A stretch of DNA of 58,357 bases from Candidatus Omnitrophota bacterium (GCA_018902915.1 JAHIPS010000081.1:1-58357); one strand, 5' to 3'; numbered from the stretch's first letter, positions 1 through 8,362 are shown. Translations and numbers: made by a program. Notes: generated from the letters alone by a model not told the origin.

Positions 1-159
1 GATGATGATATGAATACGTCGAAAAAAAGTATATTTGCCTGCGGTGATTGTAAAAAGAAGTTATTGCGTCAGGTAGTGACTGCCTGTGGCGACGGCGCTA
101 CGGCAGCATTCAACGCACAGCAATATGTGGAAAAATTAAAAGGTGCAGCTTATGAATAA
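1..159 (+). CDS. thioredoxin-disulfide reductase family protein, C-terminal fragment (5' part outside window)
   Basis: Frame 1 is open from the window edge to TAA 157-159. The translation ...SIFACGDCKKKLLRQVVTACGDGATAAFNAQQYVEKL matches the C-terminal FAD (GD) region of TrxB-type reductases. Confidence 0.6.
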   Translation, partial: DDDMNTSKKSIFACGDCKKKLLRQVVTACGDGATAAFNAQQYVEKLKGAAYE

Positions 160-273
160 AGAGGCTGCAACATGCCCAAGCTGTCGCAGTTTCTTTGGCC
201 AATATAATTTTTTAAAAAATGACAATCCTATCTTAATAATACTAAAATAGTATCATTAAGAAAGGAGGCTTAT

Positions 274-786
274 ATGATAAGCAAAAAGATGTCGGCTAGT
301 TTAAATGAGCAGATCAACAAGGAGATCTATTCAGGCTATCTTTATCTTTCAATGGCTGCCTATGCTACTTCCATTGGCCTGAATGGTTTTGCCAACTGGT
401 TTAAGGTACAGATGCAGGAAGAGATGGCTCATGCCCAGAAATTTTATGATTATGTGAACCAACAAGGAGGAAGGATAGTCCTGAAGGCCATTGATGAACC
501 GCCTAAAGACTTCGCAAGCCCAAGGGATTTATTTTCAAAGACACTGGAGCACGAGAAGATGGTGACAAAAAGGATCAATGACCTGGTAAAGCTGGCAAAA
601 AAGGAAAATGACAATGCAACAGAGACGACGTTGCAGTGGTTTGTCACAGAACAGGTCGAAGAAGAGGCAAATCCTACAGAGATGTTACAGAAACTTGATA
701 TCGTAGGAAAGGATGGAAACGGAATATTGACAATAGACAACCAGCTTGCGACAAGGGTCTTTGTCCCTCCGCAGCCTCAGGGGTGA
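274..786 (+). CDS. ferritin (non-haem, bacterial type)
   Basis: 170 aa. EIYSGYLYLSMAAY...QMQEEMAHAQKFYDY shows the ferroxidase-centre Glu/His pattern. A GGAGG RBS lies about 6 nt upstream. Confidence 0.9.
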   Translation: MISKKMSASLNEQINKEIYSGYLYLSMAAYATSIGLNGFANWFKVQMQEEMAHAQKFYDYVNQQGGRIVLKAIDEPPKDFASPRDLFSKTLEHEKMVTKRINDLVKLAKKENDNATETTLQWFVTEQVEEEANPTEMLQKLDIVGKDGNGILTIDNQLATRVFVPPQPQG

Positions 787-789
787 TCG

Positions 790-1215
790 ATGAAGGAAAA
801 GAAAGAATTCGTCTGTTATGATTGTTTTAAGCTCAGGACATGCAAGGAATCACTGGCGTCCTGGATATTTTTCTTTATCGCGCTCGTGGCTGTGATATCT
901 CTAAGGGCAATGAGCATATTTGCAAATTCCAGCCCTATGTTTGCTAAGATGCTGTGGTATGTAGGCGTTGGTGGGTTTTTAATATTCTTTATTTATAAGT
1001 TCAGGTATGATCAAATATTGCAGAGGGAGCTTGAGAAGACAGACCTAAAAGATAAGTTACTCAGTAAAAAAGAGCTTACAGAGCACGATAAAGAGGTCTT
1101 GGGAACTATTGTCTGTAAATTGAGTTCGAAAAAGGACAAGATAAATTATTTCTTTATCTTTGTAAGTTCTGGTCTAGCTTTGGCAATAGCTATATGGGTG
1201 GACTTTGTAAAGTAA
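790..1215 (+). CDS. hypothetical membrane protein with N-terminal CxxC...C
   Basis: 141 aa, starting 4 nt after the ferritin stop. It has an N-terminal VCYDCFKLRTC and then several hydrophobic helices. No family recognised. Confidence 0.5.
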   Translation: MKEKKEFVCYDCFKLRTCKESLASWIFFFIALVAVISLRAMSIFANSSPMFAKMLWYVGVGGFLIFFIYKFRYDQILQRELEKTDLKDKLLSKKELTEHDKEVLGTIVCKLSSKKDKINYFFIFVSSGLALAIAIWVDFVK

Positions 1216-1219
1216 GATT

Positions 1220-1280
1220 CCCCGTCCGCCTACGGCGGACTCGGGATAAATTCGCAATTATTATCCGCCGCGGCGGATAA
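1220..1280. repeat. two adjacent hairpins: CCCC-GTCCGCC-tac-GGCGGAC-t-CGGG (1220-1245) and the perfect 20-nt palindrome TTATCCGCCGCGGCGGATAA (1261-1280)
   Basis: Read directly. The flank GGGATAAATTCGCA (1243-1256) recurs as GGGATAATTCGCA at 20446-20458. The TCCGCC...GGCGGA stem recurs at 20307-20321 and, in a shorter form, at 28632-28648. Confidence 0.8.
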
Positions 1281-1310
1281 TGTGCTCATTTAAAAATGAG
1301 GAGGTGTAAT

Positions 1311-1703
1311 ATGCCAGAAGCAAAATATGTTTGTTCAGATGATATACTTTGCGGAGTAAATCTTCCAAAGGATGCAAAAAATCTTGCTGATCTTGAAAAA
1401 AAGCATATCCCTGTCATAGACGCGCCTAGCAATGTTAAAAAAGACGAAGTCTTTGAAGTCAATATCAAAGTCGGCGGCACAGATGGAGTCGAGCATCCTA
1501 ACGAGGCAGGTCATTTTATTGAATGGTTAGAACTTTACTGCGGCGACACATTTCTTGGCCGGGCTGGTTTTTGCGGCGGAACGAGTTACGGCGTAGCCAG
1601 GTTTAAAGTAAAGCTGTCTCATGCCCATGGTCCATTAAAGGCATGGGCAAGGTGCAATCTCCATGGACTCTGGGAAGGCACAAAAGAAATCGCGATAAGT
1701 TAA
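1311..1703 (+). CDS. superoxide reductase (1Fe / neelaredoxin-like; no desulforedoxin CxxC...CC motif)
   Basis: EKKHIPVI, HPNEAGHFIEW and CNLHGLW match the His4Cys centre II signature. GGAGG at 1299-1303 favours ATG 1311 over the ORF-track ATG 1296. Confidence 0.85.
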   Translation: MPEAKYVCSDDILCGVNLPKDAKNLADLEKKHIPVIDAPSNVKKDEVFEVNIKVGGTDGVEHPNEAGHFIEWLELYCGDTFLGRAGFCGGTSYGVARFKVKLSHAHGPLKAWARCNLHGLWEGTKEIAIS

Positions 1704-2177
1704 ATGCCCAAAAAATTAACCGAAGGCATAATCAGATTTTTCCACCACCAGCCTTATACCATAGTAACTACTGTGGATAGGGACGGGTGTCCGCATAATT
1801 CCTGTAAAGGTATAGTGGATATAGAAGAAGACGGAAAGGTATATCTCTTGGACCTTTACAAGGCAAAGACGTATGAAAACCTCAAGCAAAATCCCCACAT
1901 AAATATTACAGCAGTTGATGAGCATAAGTTTATAGGTTTTACCTTAAAGGGCAAGGCAAAGATAGCCAATAAAAATAAATTAAAGTCTCATATAGTCAAG
2001 GCATGGGAGACCAAGATCACAAAGAGGATATCACAGCGCTTACTCAAAAATCTTAAGGGAGAAAAAGGCCACCCTCTTCATCCAGAAGCGAGCTTGCCAA
2101 AGCCAGAATATCTAATAGAAGTCGATGTGAACGAAGTAATTGATCTCACGCCGCACCACATTAAATCCACCGCATAG
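1704..2177 (+). CDS. pyridoxamine 5'-phosphate oxidase family (FMN-binding split-barrel) protein
   Basis: 157 aa with a PNPOx-like pattern (TIVTTVDRDGCPHNS...VYLLDLYKAKTYENLKQNPHINI). It starts immediately after the SOR stop. Confidence 0.6.
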   Translation: MPKKLTEGIIRFFHHQPYTIVTTVDRDGCPHNSCKGIVDIEEDGKVYLLDLYKAKTYENLKQNPHINITAVDEHKFIGFTLKGKAKIANKNKLKSHIVKAWETKITKRISQRLLKNLKGEKGHPLHPEASLPKPEYLIEVDVNEVIDLTPHHIKSTA

Positions 2178-2203
2178 GTGCGCATCGCGCACCTATGCGG
2201 TGG
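2167..2203 (+). terminator. perfect 17-bp stem / 3-nt loop hairpin overlapping the stop codon of the upstream gene
   Basis: CCACCGCATAGGTGCGC-atc-GCGCACCTATGCGGTGG. No T-tract follows, so it could be a REP-like element rather than a classic terminator. Confidence 0.5.
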
Positions 2204-2217
2204 AATAGGTAAATAAT

Positions 2218-3120
2218 ATGTTAGATCTGATCATTATTGGCGCAGGCCCAGCCGGCATAACTGCTGCAGTCTATGCTGCGCGGAAGAAGATGGACCTATT
2301 GGTGATAAGTAAAGATATCGGCGGCCAGACTGCATGGAGCGGTGATATTGAAAATTATACAGGGTATCAATTTGTAACAGGGCCTGAGCTTGTGGCTAAA
2401 TTCGAAGAGCACATGAAAAAGAACAACATTGCCTTAAAAGAAAATGAAGACGTTATAGGAATCGAAAAGAAAAAAGACAAGGTTTTTGTTAAAACTGACA
2501 AGGGAGAATATGAGGCAAAGACAGTTATAATCGCATCTGGTAAACGCTCAATGGAATTAGGCGTCCCCGGGGAAGAGGAGTTTAAGAACAAGGGCCTTAC
2601 ATATTGCGCGACATGTGACGGGCCGCTTTTTTCAGAAAAAGATGTGGCAGTTATCGGCGGAGGCAATTCTGCGCTGGACGCAGCGCTTCAGTTAATCAAG
2701 ATAGCCAATCATGTATATATAATAAATATTGTTAAAGAACTGACAGGAGACCCCGTCGAGCAGGACAAGCTAAAGAACAGCAAGAATGTGACCATAATGA
2801 ACGAAGCCCAGGTGACGGCTGTCTTAGGTGATAAGTTTGTCAACGCCATTAAGATCAAGACTAAAGACAGTGAGAAAGAAATACCTGTCCAGGGTGTTTT
2901 TGTTGAAATAGGACTTATCCCTAATTCAGGTTTTGCAAAAGGAATAGACAAAAACGAAAAGCAGGAGATAAAGGTAGATAGCTATAACCACACCAATATC
3001 CCCGGCGTCTTTGCCGCAGGTGATGTTACTGACGTACCTGAGAAGCAGATTATTATAGCAGCCGGCGAAGGCGCAAAGGCCACACTGGGTGTATTTAGAT
3101 ACTTGTCTCGCCTTAAGTAA
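2218..3120 (+). CDS. AhpF-type (N-terminally short) FAD-dependent disulfide reductase / thioredoxin reductase-like
   Basis: Contains GAGPAG, the redox motif CATCDG and GGGNSA. The C-terminal half resembles the AhpF reductase module (GVFVEIGLIPNS...GVFAAGDVTDVPEKQIIIAAGEGAKA). No HRRxxxR NADPH motif. Confidence 0.8.
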   Translation: MLDLIIIGAGPAGITAAVYAARKKMDLLVISKDIGGQTAWSGDIENYTGYQFVTGPELVAKFEEHMKKNNIALKENEDVIGIEKKKDKVFVKTDKGEYEAKTVIIASGKRSMELGVPGEEEFKNKGLTYCATCDGPLFSEKDVAVIGGGNSALDAALQLIKIANHVYIINIVKELTGDPVEQDKLKNSKNVTIMNEAQVTAVLGDKFVNAIKIKTKDSEKEIPVQGVFVEIGLIPNSGFAKGIDKNEKQEIKVDSYNHTNIPGVFAAGDVTDVPEKQIIIAAGEGAKATLGVFRYLSRLK

Positions 3121-3124
3121 GATT

Positions 3125-3162
3125 AACCGCGTAGGTTGCCAAAATTGGCAACCTACGCGGTT
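3125..3162. repeat. perfect 16-bp palindromic hairpin containing GTAGG (REP-like)
   Basis: AACCGCGTAGGTTGCC-aaaatt-GGCAACCTACGCGGTT, located between the reductase gene and nth. Confidence 0.8.
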
Positions 3163-3170
3163 GACAAGGT

Positions 3171-3809
3171 ATGAAACCAGCAGAAGAAAGAGTAATAAAG
3201 ATAGTAAGGATACTACGTAAGTCCTATCCAGGACACAAAACCGTGCTTTACTATAAAACACCTTTTCAGATCATGGTAGCGACTATACTTTCTGCCCAGT
3301 GCACGGATGAGAGGGTGAATAAGATCACGCCTGGTCTTTTCAAGAAATATAAGACTGTTAATGATTTTGCAAAGGCAAGGCAGTCTGTGTTGGAGAAGGA
3401 GATCCATTCAGCTGGTTTTTATAGAAATAAGGCAAAGAATATAATAGCAGCGTCTAAAAAGATAATAAAGGAATTTAAAGGAAAAGTGCCTGATAATATG
3501 GAGGGACTTATTTCTTTGGCAGGGGTGGCTCGTAAAACCGCAAATATAGTCCTATCAAGCGGGTTTAAAAAGGCAGAAGGCATAGCTGTTGATACGCATG
3601 TTAAAAGACTTTCAGGAAGATTGGCCTTGAGTAACGAAAGAGATCCTAATAAGATAGAGCAGGATCTTCTAAAGATCGTGCCTAAGAAGGACTGGCTCGA
3701 TCTTAACTATATGCTCGTGGACCATGGCAGGGCGATATGTAATGCAAGAAAGCCGCTGTGTGGCGAGTGCGTGGTAAGTAAACTGTGCCCGTCAGCAAAC
3801 AAGGTATGA
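3171..3809 (+). CDS. nth: endonuclease III
   Basis: HhH-GPD pattern (LISLAGVARKTANIVL, VDTHV) and a C-terminal CX6CX2CX5C Fe-S loop (CNARKPLCGECVVSKLC). Confidence 0.9.
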   Translation: MKPAEERVIKIVRILRKSYPGHKTVLYYKTPFQIMVATILSAQCTDERVNKITPGLFKKYKTVNDFAKARQSVLEKEIHSAGFYRNKAKNIIAASKKIIKEFKGKVPDNMEGLISLAGVARKTANIVLSSGFKKAEGIAVDTHVKRLSGRLALSNERDPNKIEQDLLKIVPKKDWLDLNYMLVDHGRAICNARKPLCGECVVSKLCPSANKV

Positions 3810-3818
3810 TTTAACCGT

Positions 3819-3873
3819 CCCAGAGTGGGTAGATGCGTAGGCTACCCACTCTGGGTAGCCTACGCATCTACCC
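3819..3873. repeat. interleaved inverted repeats (A-B-A'-B' arrangement)
   Basis: 3819-3832 pairs with 3842-3855 (14 bp). 3827-3844 pairs with 3856-3873 (18 bp). The two perfect stems share nucleotides. Confidence 0.8.
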
Positions 3874-3882
3874 ATAGGTTAT

Positions 3883-4764
3883 ATGATAAAACAAGCAATG
3901 CTTTACGACAAACTGGACAATGGCAGGGTGAAGTGTAATCTCTGTGCGCATTGCTGCAAAATTAGCCCTGATAGCTCTGGGATCTGCGGCGTAAGAAAAA
4001 ATAAAGATGGTGAATTGTATACACTTGTCTATGGTGATGTTATTGCTTCACATGTGGATCCAATTGAGAAAAAACCCCTCTACCATTTCCTACCTGGCTC
4101 GTATTCTTATTCAATAGCGACAATAGGGTGTAATTTCAAATGCAGTTTTTGTCAGAACTGGGAGATATCCCAGGCATCAAAAAGGCAAGACGCCCTTTCA
4201 GGGTATGAACTCATGCCTGAAGAAGTCGTGCGAGAGGCAAAGAAGAATAACTGTAAGAGCATTTCGTATACTTACACTGAACCAACAATATTTTTTGAGT
4301 ATGCATATGATACTGCAAGACTTGCTAAGAAAGAGGGGCTTTATAATGTCTTTGTAACAAATGGTTACATGACAAAAGAAACGCTTAATGTTATAAAGCC
4401 GTATCTTGATGCTGCAAATGTCGATCTTAAATCTTTTCGAGAAGATTTCTATAGAGAGATGTGTGGCGCTCATCTAAAGCCTGTCCTTGATACTATAGAA
4501 CTAATGAAAAAACTTGGCATATGGGTAGAGATCACAACCCTGGTTGTAACTGGCAAAAATGATTCAGATAATGAATTTAAAGATATTGCAGAATTTATTG
4601 CAAACCTCGACCCTGGTATCCCCTGGCATATATCTCGCTTCCACCCTGATTTTAAATATCTGGAGGGAAAACCAACGCCCATTGATACTCTAAAAAGGGC
4701 GAGAGATGTAGGAAAGAAAGCAGGTCTTAGAAATATACATTTAGGTAATGTAATAGAAGTCTAA
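3883..4764 (+). CDS. AmmeMemoRadiSam-system-type radical SAM enzyme (PflA-like activase family)
   Basis: Radical SAM CX3CX2C in IGCNFKCSFCQNWEIS, plus an N-terminal Cys-rich segment (CNLCAHCC...GICG). Confidence 0.75.
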   Translation: MIKQAMLYDKLDNGRVKCNLCAHCCKISPDSSGICGVRKNKDGELYTLVYGDVIASHVDPIEKKPLYHFLPGSYSYSIATIGCNFKCSFCQNWEISQASKRQDALSGYELMPEEVVREAKKNNCKSISYTYTEPTIFFEYAYDTARLAKKEGLYNVFVTNGYMTKETLNVIKPYLDAANVDLKSFREDFYREMCGAHLKPVLDTIELMKKLGIWVEITTLVVTGKNDSDNEFKDIAEFIANLDPGIPWHISRFHPDFKYLEGKPTPIDTLKRARDVGKKAGLRNIHLGNVIEV

Positions 4765-4852
4765 AATAGATTTATAAAACCCTTTCCAAGATTCTATTGT
4801 TACCTTGTTAAATTAGGTAGTATAATAGTATTCGGACATTAAAGGAGAATAT

Positions 4853-5452
4853 ATGGATATATTGTCTAATTTAGGTGCGCTTTTAGGATGTTCGTGGGCA
4901 TCGGGTGTAAATCTTTATCTTACGATCGCAGTTCTGGGGATCCTGGATAAGATGAACATATTAAGCCTGCCGGGTGATCTAGAGGCCATATCCAATCCAT
5001 TTATAATCGGAATAGCAATAGCAATGTATCTGGTGGAATTTTTTGCAGACAAGATCCCGCTTGTGGATTCTGCCTGGGACTCTATACATACCTTTATAAG
5101 GCCAATAGGAGGCGCAGCGCTTTCATATATGGCAATGGCTGATATGGGCCCAGTGGCGCAGATACCAGCGGCCCTTTTAAGCGGCACTATTGCCATGGAT
5201 TCGCATCTTACAAAGGCCACCGCGCGCGCTGCAATAAATACTTCGCCCGAGCCATTTACCAATTCTATTGCCAGCGTCTCAGAAGATGCAATGGTAGTAG
5301 GTGTGATATGGATGATAGTGAAGCACCCGATAATAGCCGGGATAGCTGTAATACTCTTTGTGCTTTTTTCAATATGGTTTTTAAAGATGATGTTCAGGTT
5401 TGTCAAAAAGATATTTGGCCGGGGGAAGAAAGATGAGACTGATAAGAAATAA
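4853..5452 (+). CDS. DUF4126-like integral membrane protein
   Basis: 199 aa with multiple TM helices. The N-terminal pattern SWASGVNLYLTIAVLG and EFFADKIPLVDSAWDSIHTFIRP resemble DUF4126. Confidence 0.55.
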   Translation: MDILSNLGALLGCSWASGVNLYLTIAVLGILDKMNILSLPGDLEAISNPFIIGIAIAMYLVEFFADKIPLVDSAWDSIHTFIRPIGGAALSYMAMADMGPVAQIPAALLSGTIAMDSHLTKATARAAINTSPEPFTNSIASVSEDAMVVGVIWMIVKHPIIAGIAVILFVLFSIWFLKMMFRFVKKIFGRGKKDETDKK

Positions 5453-5552
5453 AATTTGCAGGCGCAGATTCAAAATACAGTTTAGAGTAAGAAAATGGTT
5501 ATTTGGCGGAAAAAAGAAAAGCCCAAAACCCATACTGACAAAGAAATCATAA

Positions 5553-5580
5553 TTGACAGGTTTTTTATTTCTGCTATAAT
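5553..5580 (+). promoter_or_regulatory. sigma70-type promoter of fur-feoAB (TTGACA-16 nt-TATAAT)
   Basis: TTGACA at 5553-5558 and TATAAT at 5575-5580, both exact consensus hexamers. Confidence 0.6.
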
Positions 5581-5606
5581 TGATATTGAAGTTCAATTTC
5601 AATTAT
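5576..5606. promoter_or_regulatory. 31-nt near-perfect palindrome overlapping the -10 element; candidate Fur box
   Basis: ATAATTGATATTGAAGTTCAATTTCAATTAT has 14 of 15 arm positions complementary. It is AT-rich with ATAAT/ATTAT hexamers, like Fur operators. Confidence 0.55.
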
Positions 5607-5620
5607 AGGGGGGGCGCGAT

Positions 5621-6046
5621 ATGGCGAGCGCATTACAGGTCTTTGTCGACTACCTCAGAAAAAAACATCTTAAATTAACAGACCAGCGAAACGCGATCTT
5701 GAATGTCTTTTTGAAGACAGAGCGCCACTTGAGCGTTGATGACCTTTATGATATTGTGAGAAAAAAGGATTCAAGTATTGGCCATGCAACTGTATTCAGG
5801 GCATTAAAGCTTTTATCTGAGGCAGGTATTGCCAAAGAGGTAAATCTCGGAGATGGCAAGACCAGGTATGAGCATAAATATGGGCATGAGCATCATGATC
5901 ATCTTGTCTGTCTTGAATGCGGCAGATTTATCGAGGCAGTGGATTCAAAGATAGAGAGACTTCAGGAAGAATTGTGTAAGAGGCATGGATTTGTAGCACA
6001 GCAACACAAAATGGAGATATTCGGGATCTGCAAGAAGTGTAGATAG
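5621..6046 (+). CDS. fur: Fur family metal-uptake regulator
   Basis: 141 aa. Winged-helix N-terminus, HEHHDHLVCLECG...CKKC metal sites, and feoAB immediately downstream. Confidence 0.85.
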   Translation: MASALQVFVDYLRKKHLKLTDQRNAILNVFLKTERHLSVDDLYDIVRKKDSSIGHATVFRALKLLSEAGIAKEVNLGDGKTRYEHKYGHEHHDHLVCLECGRFIEAVDSKIERLQEELCKRHGFVAQQHKMEIFGICKKCR

Positions 6047-6054
6047 GGGGAAGA

Positions 6055-6291
6055 ATGGTAGTGGATTTGACTCAGATGAAGCCAGATGAGACTGGTATTA
6101 TAAAGGAGCTATGCGGAGGGTGTGATTTTACAAAAAGAGTCCAGGGCATAGGTGTAAGGCCTGGCAAAAGGATAAGAAAGGTAAGTTCTCATTTCTGGCG
6201 CGGGCCGCAGACTGTCGAGGTAGACAATATGCGCGTAGCTATTGGATGGGGCATGGCCAAGAAGATTTTTATAGAGGTAGAGAGAGAATGA
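6055..6291 (+). CDS. feoA: ferrous iron transport protein A
   Basis: 78-aa SH3-like FeoA pattern (LTQMKPDETGIIKEL...GIGVRPGKRI). Its stop overlaps the feoB start (ATGA). Confidence 0.85.
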   Translation: MVVDLTQMKPDETGIIKELCGGCDFTKRVQGIGVRPGKRIRKVSSHFWRGPQTVEVDNMRVAIGWGMAKKIFIEVERE

Positions 6292-7997
6292 AAAAGATTT
6301 TATTAATGGGCAATCCCAATGTTGGAAAAAGCGCTATTTTTTCTCGACTTACAGGCGCTAGGATCATAGTCTCTAACTATCCAGGCACTACCGTTGAATT
6401 TACTCAAGGCCAGATGAAGATAGGCGAAGAAAGGCCCCTAGTAATAGATGTGCCAGGGACTTATACATTAGAGCCGACTTCAAAGGCAGAAGAAGTTGCA
6501 GTACGCATGCTAAAGGAAGGTGACTTAGTAATAAATATTGTCAATGCTACAAATCTTGAAAGAAATCTTTATTTAACCCTGGAGCTTTTAGAGAAGGACG
6601 TTCCTCTTGTAATCGCCCTCAACATGTGGGATGAAACTAAACACCAGGGAATTAATATTGATATAGAAAAATTAGAAAAAGAATTGGGTGTTCCTGTAAT
6701 TCCCACCTGTGGCTTGACAGGTGAAGGCATAAAAGAATTGATTACTCGTTTTAAAGAGGTAAAGAATTTAAAAACTAAACCTAGTTCTGACAGCGATAAA
6801 TGGGAAAGGATCGGCGAGATCGTAGAGCGCGTACAAAAATTAACGCACCACCACCATACATTTTTACAGCGCCTGGAAGAGTTAAGCATAAAACCCTTAT
6901 CAGGGCTTCCTATTGCAGCAGGTGTTATCTATGTGTCTTTCTGGGCAATACGTCTGATCGGCGAGGGGCTTATTACCTATATATTGGAGCCATTGTTTGA
7001 CAAGGCATGGACGCCTTTGATGCTCAAGTTCGGCGCCTTGCTGGGCGAGGAGACATTTTTACACGATGTCTTAATTGGGAAACTTATAGATGGCTCGATT
7101 GATTTTAAGATGTCTTTTGGAGTTCTGACAACAGGGATTTTTGTGCCAATTGCAATGGTATTGCCTTATATAATCAGCTTTTACCTGATACTGGGGATTC
7201 TGGAAGATTTTGGATATCTTCCGAGACTGGCAGTTTTAGTAGACAATTTTATGCATCACATCGGGCTTCATGGTTTTGCAATAGTCCCGATGATGCTGGG
7301 CCTGGGGTGTAATGTGCCAGGCGCGCTTGCGCTCAGGCTTTTAGAAGGTAGGCGCGAAAAATTTATCGCAGCAACACTAATGGCTATATCTATTCCTTGC
7401 ATGGCTCAGATTGCAATGATTGTAGGACTGGTAGGGCAGAGAGGCGGTCAATATCTTGGGATTATCTTTGGCACGCTTTTTATACTTTTGATAGTAAAGG
7501 GACTTATTATGAACAAGGTCATAAAGGGCGCAAGCCCTGAGATGCTTATTGAGATCCCGCCGTATAGACTTCCTCAGTTTCGGGCAGTTATTAAAAAGCT
7601 CTTCATGCGGGTATCTGGATTTTTAAAAGAAGCAGTGCCATATGTGCTTTTAGGTGTATTTTTTGTCAATATCTTGTATGCGCTGAATATAATACAATAT
7701 TTTTCAGGCCTATTCGCGCCTGTCTTAACAGGACTATGGGGCCTGCCAAAAGAAGCCATCTCTGCATTGATCATAGGTTTTTTAAGAAAGGATGTTGCTA
7801 TAGGCATGCTCGGCCCGCTGAACCTTACGACCAAGCAGCTCATAATCGGATGCACTGTGCTCGCAATTTACTTTCCCTGCATTGCTACCTTTGTAATGCT
7901 GGTCAAAGAACTCGGCATAAAAGACATGCTCAAGGCGGCTGTAATCATGATGTTCGTAGCACTCATAGTAGGCACACTTCTCAATATAATCCTATAA
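6288..7997 (+). CDS. feoB: ferrous iron transporter FeoB (short form)
   Basis: G-domain MGNPNVGKS...DVPGTY...NMWD followed by a polytopic permease. ATG 6288 is chosen because the conserved N-terminus MKKILLMGNPNVGKS begins there (the ORF track starts at 6246). Confidence 0.9.
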   Translation: MKKILLMGNPNVGKSAIFSRLTGARIIVSNYPGTTVEFTQGQMKIGEERPLVIDVPGTYTLEPTSKAEEVAVRMLKEGDLVINIVNATNLERNLYLTLELLEKDVPLVIALNMWDETKHQGINIDIEKLEKELGVPVIPTCGLTGEGIKELITRFKEVKNLKTKPSSDSDKWERIGEIVERVQKLTHHHHTFLQRLEELSIKPLSGLPIAAGVIYVSFWAIRLIGEGLITYILEPLFDKAWTPLMLKFGALLGEETFLHDVLIGKLIDGSIDFKMSFGVLTTGIFVPIAMVLPYIISFYLILGILEDFGYLPRLAVLVDNFMHHIGLHGFAIVPMMLGLGCNVPGALALRLLEGRREKFIAATLMAISIPCMAQIAMIVGLVGQRGGQYLGIIFGTLFILLIVKGLIMNKVIKGASPEMLIEIPPYRLPQFRAVIKKLFMRVSGFLKEAVPYVLLGVFFVNILYALNIIQYFSGLFAPVLTGLWGLPKEAISALIIGFLRKDVAIGMLGPLNLTTKQLIIGCTVLAIYFPCIATFVMLVKELGIKDMLKAAVIMMFVALIVGTLLNIIL

Positions 7998-8017
7998 ACA
8001 TTTTTTTAATTTTTCCC

Positions 8018-8045
8018 TTGACATCCCTAGGTTATATGTTATACT
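8018..8045 (+). promoter_or_regulatory. candidate promoter TTGACA-16 nt-TATACT upstream of the sulfur operon; a second candidate TTGACA-16 nt-TAATAT lies at 8087-8114
   Basis: Hexamers read directly. A 16-nt imperfect inverted repeat (8046-8061 / 8070-8085, core CTACTAAT / ATTAGTAG) lies between the two. Confidence 0.45.
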
Positions 8046-8126
8046 TCTAATTACTACTAATATGATTAGATTAGTAGAGATTAAAGTTGACAAGCATGAT
8101 TGGAATAGTAATATAAAGGGGAAAGC

Positions 8127-8347
8127 ATGGAACATCCAAAGAGATCACTTGCAAAGACAGTAACCTGGCGCGTAATAGCTTTTGTGGTAACTATAGTCGC
8201 TGTTTATATCTATAGCAAGGATATAAAGGAGTCTCTTGTTGTTGGGATAAGCGCAAATGTCGTAAAGATTTTTTGTATTATGCACATGAACGAGTCTGGA
8301 ACAGGGTGAAATTCGGTAGAATTAAAGCCCCAGACTACCAGATATAA
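8127..8347 (+). pseudogene. DUF2061 membrane protein, frame-shifted at a T6 run (8269-8274)
   Basis: Frame 0 gives RSLAKTVTWRVIAFVVT... then terminates. After the T6 run, the shifted frame reads LYYAHERVWNRVKFG, the canonical DUF2061 C-terminus, ending at TAA 8345-8347. One extra T would restore the frame. Confidence 0.6.
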
Positions 8348-8362
8348 TCAGAAGGGGGAGTT

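Noticed and set aside
6246-6287. Upstream ATG 6246 as the feoB start
   Set aside because: It would add 14 non-conserved residues overlapping feoA. The conserved G-domain N-terminus begins at ATG 6288 in an ATGA overlap with the feoA stop.
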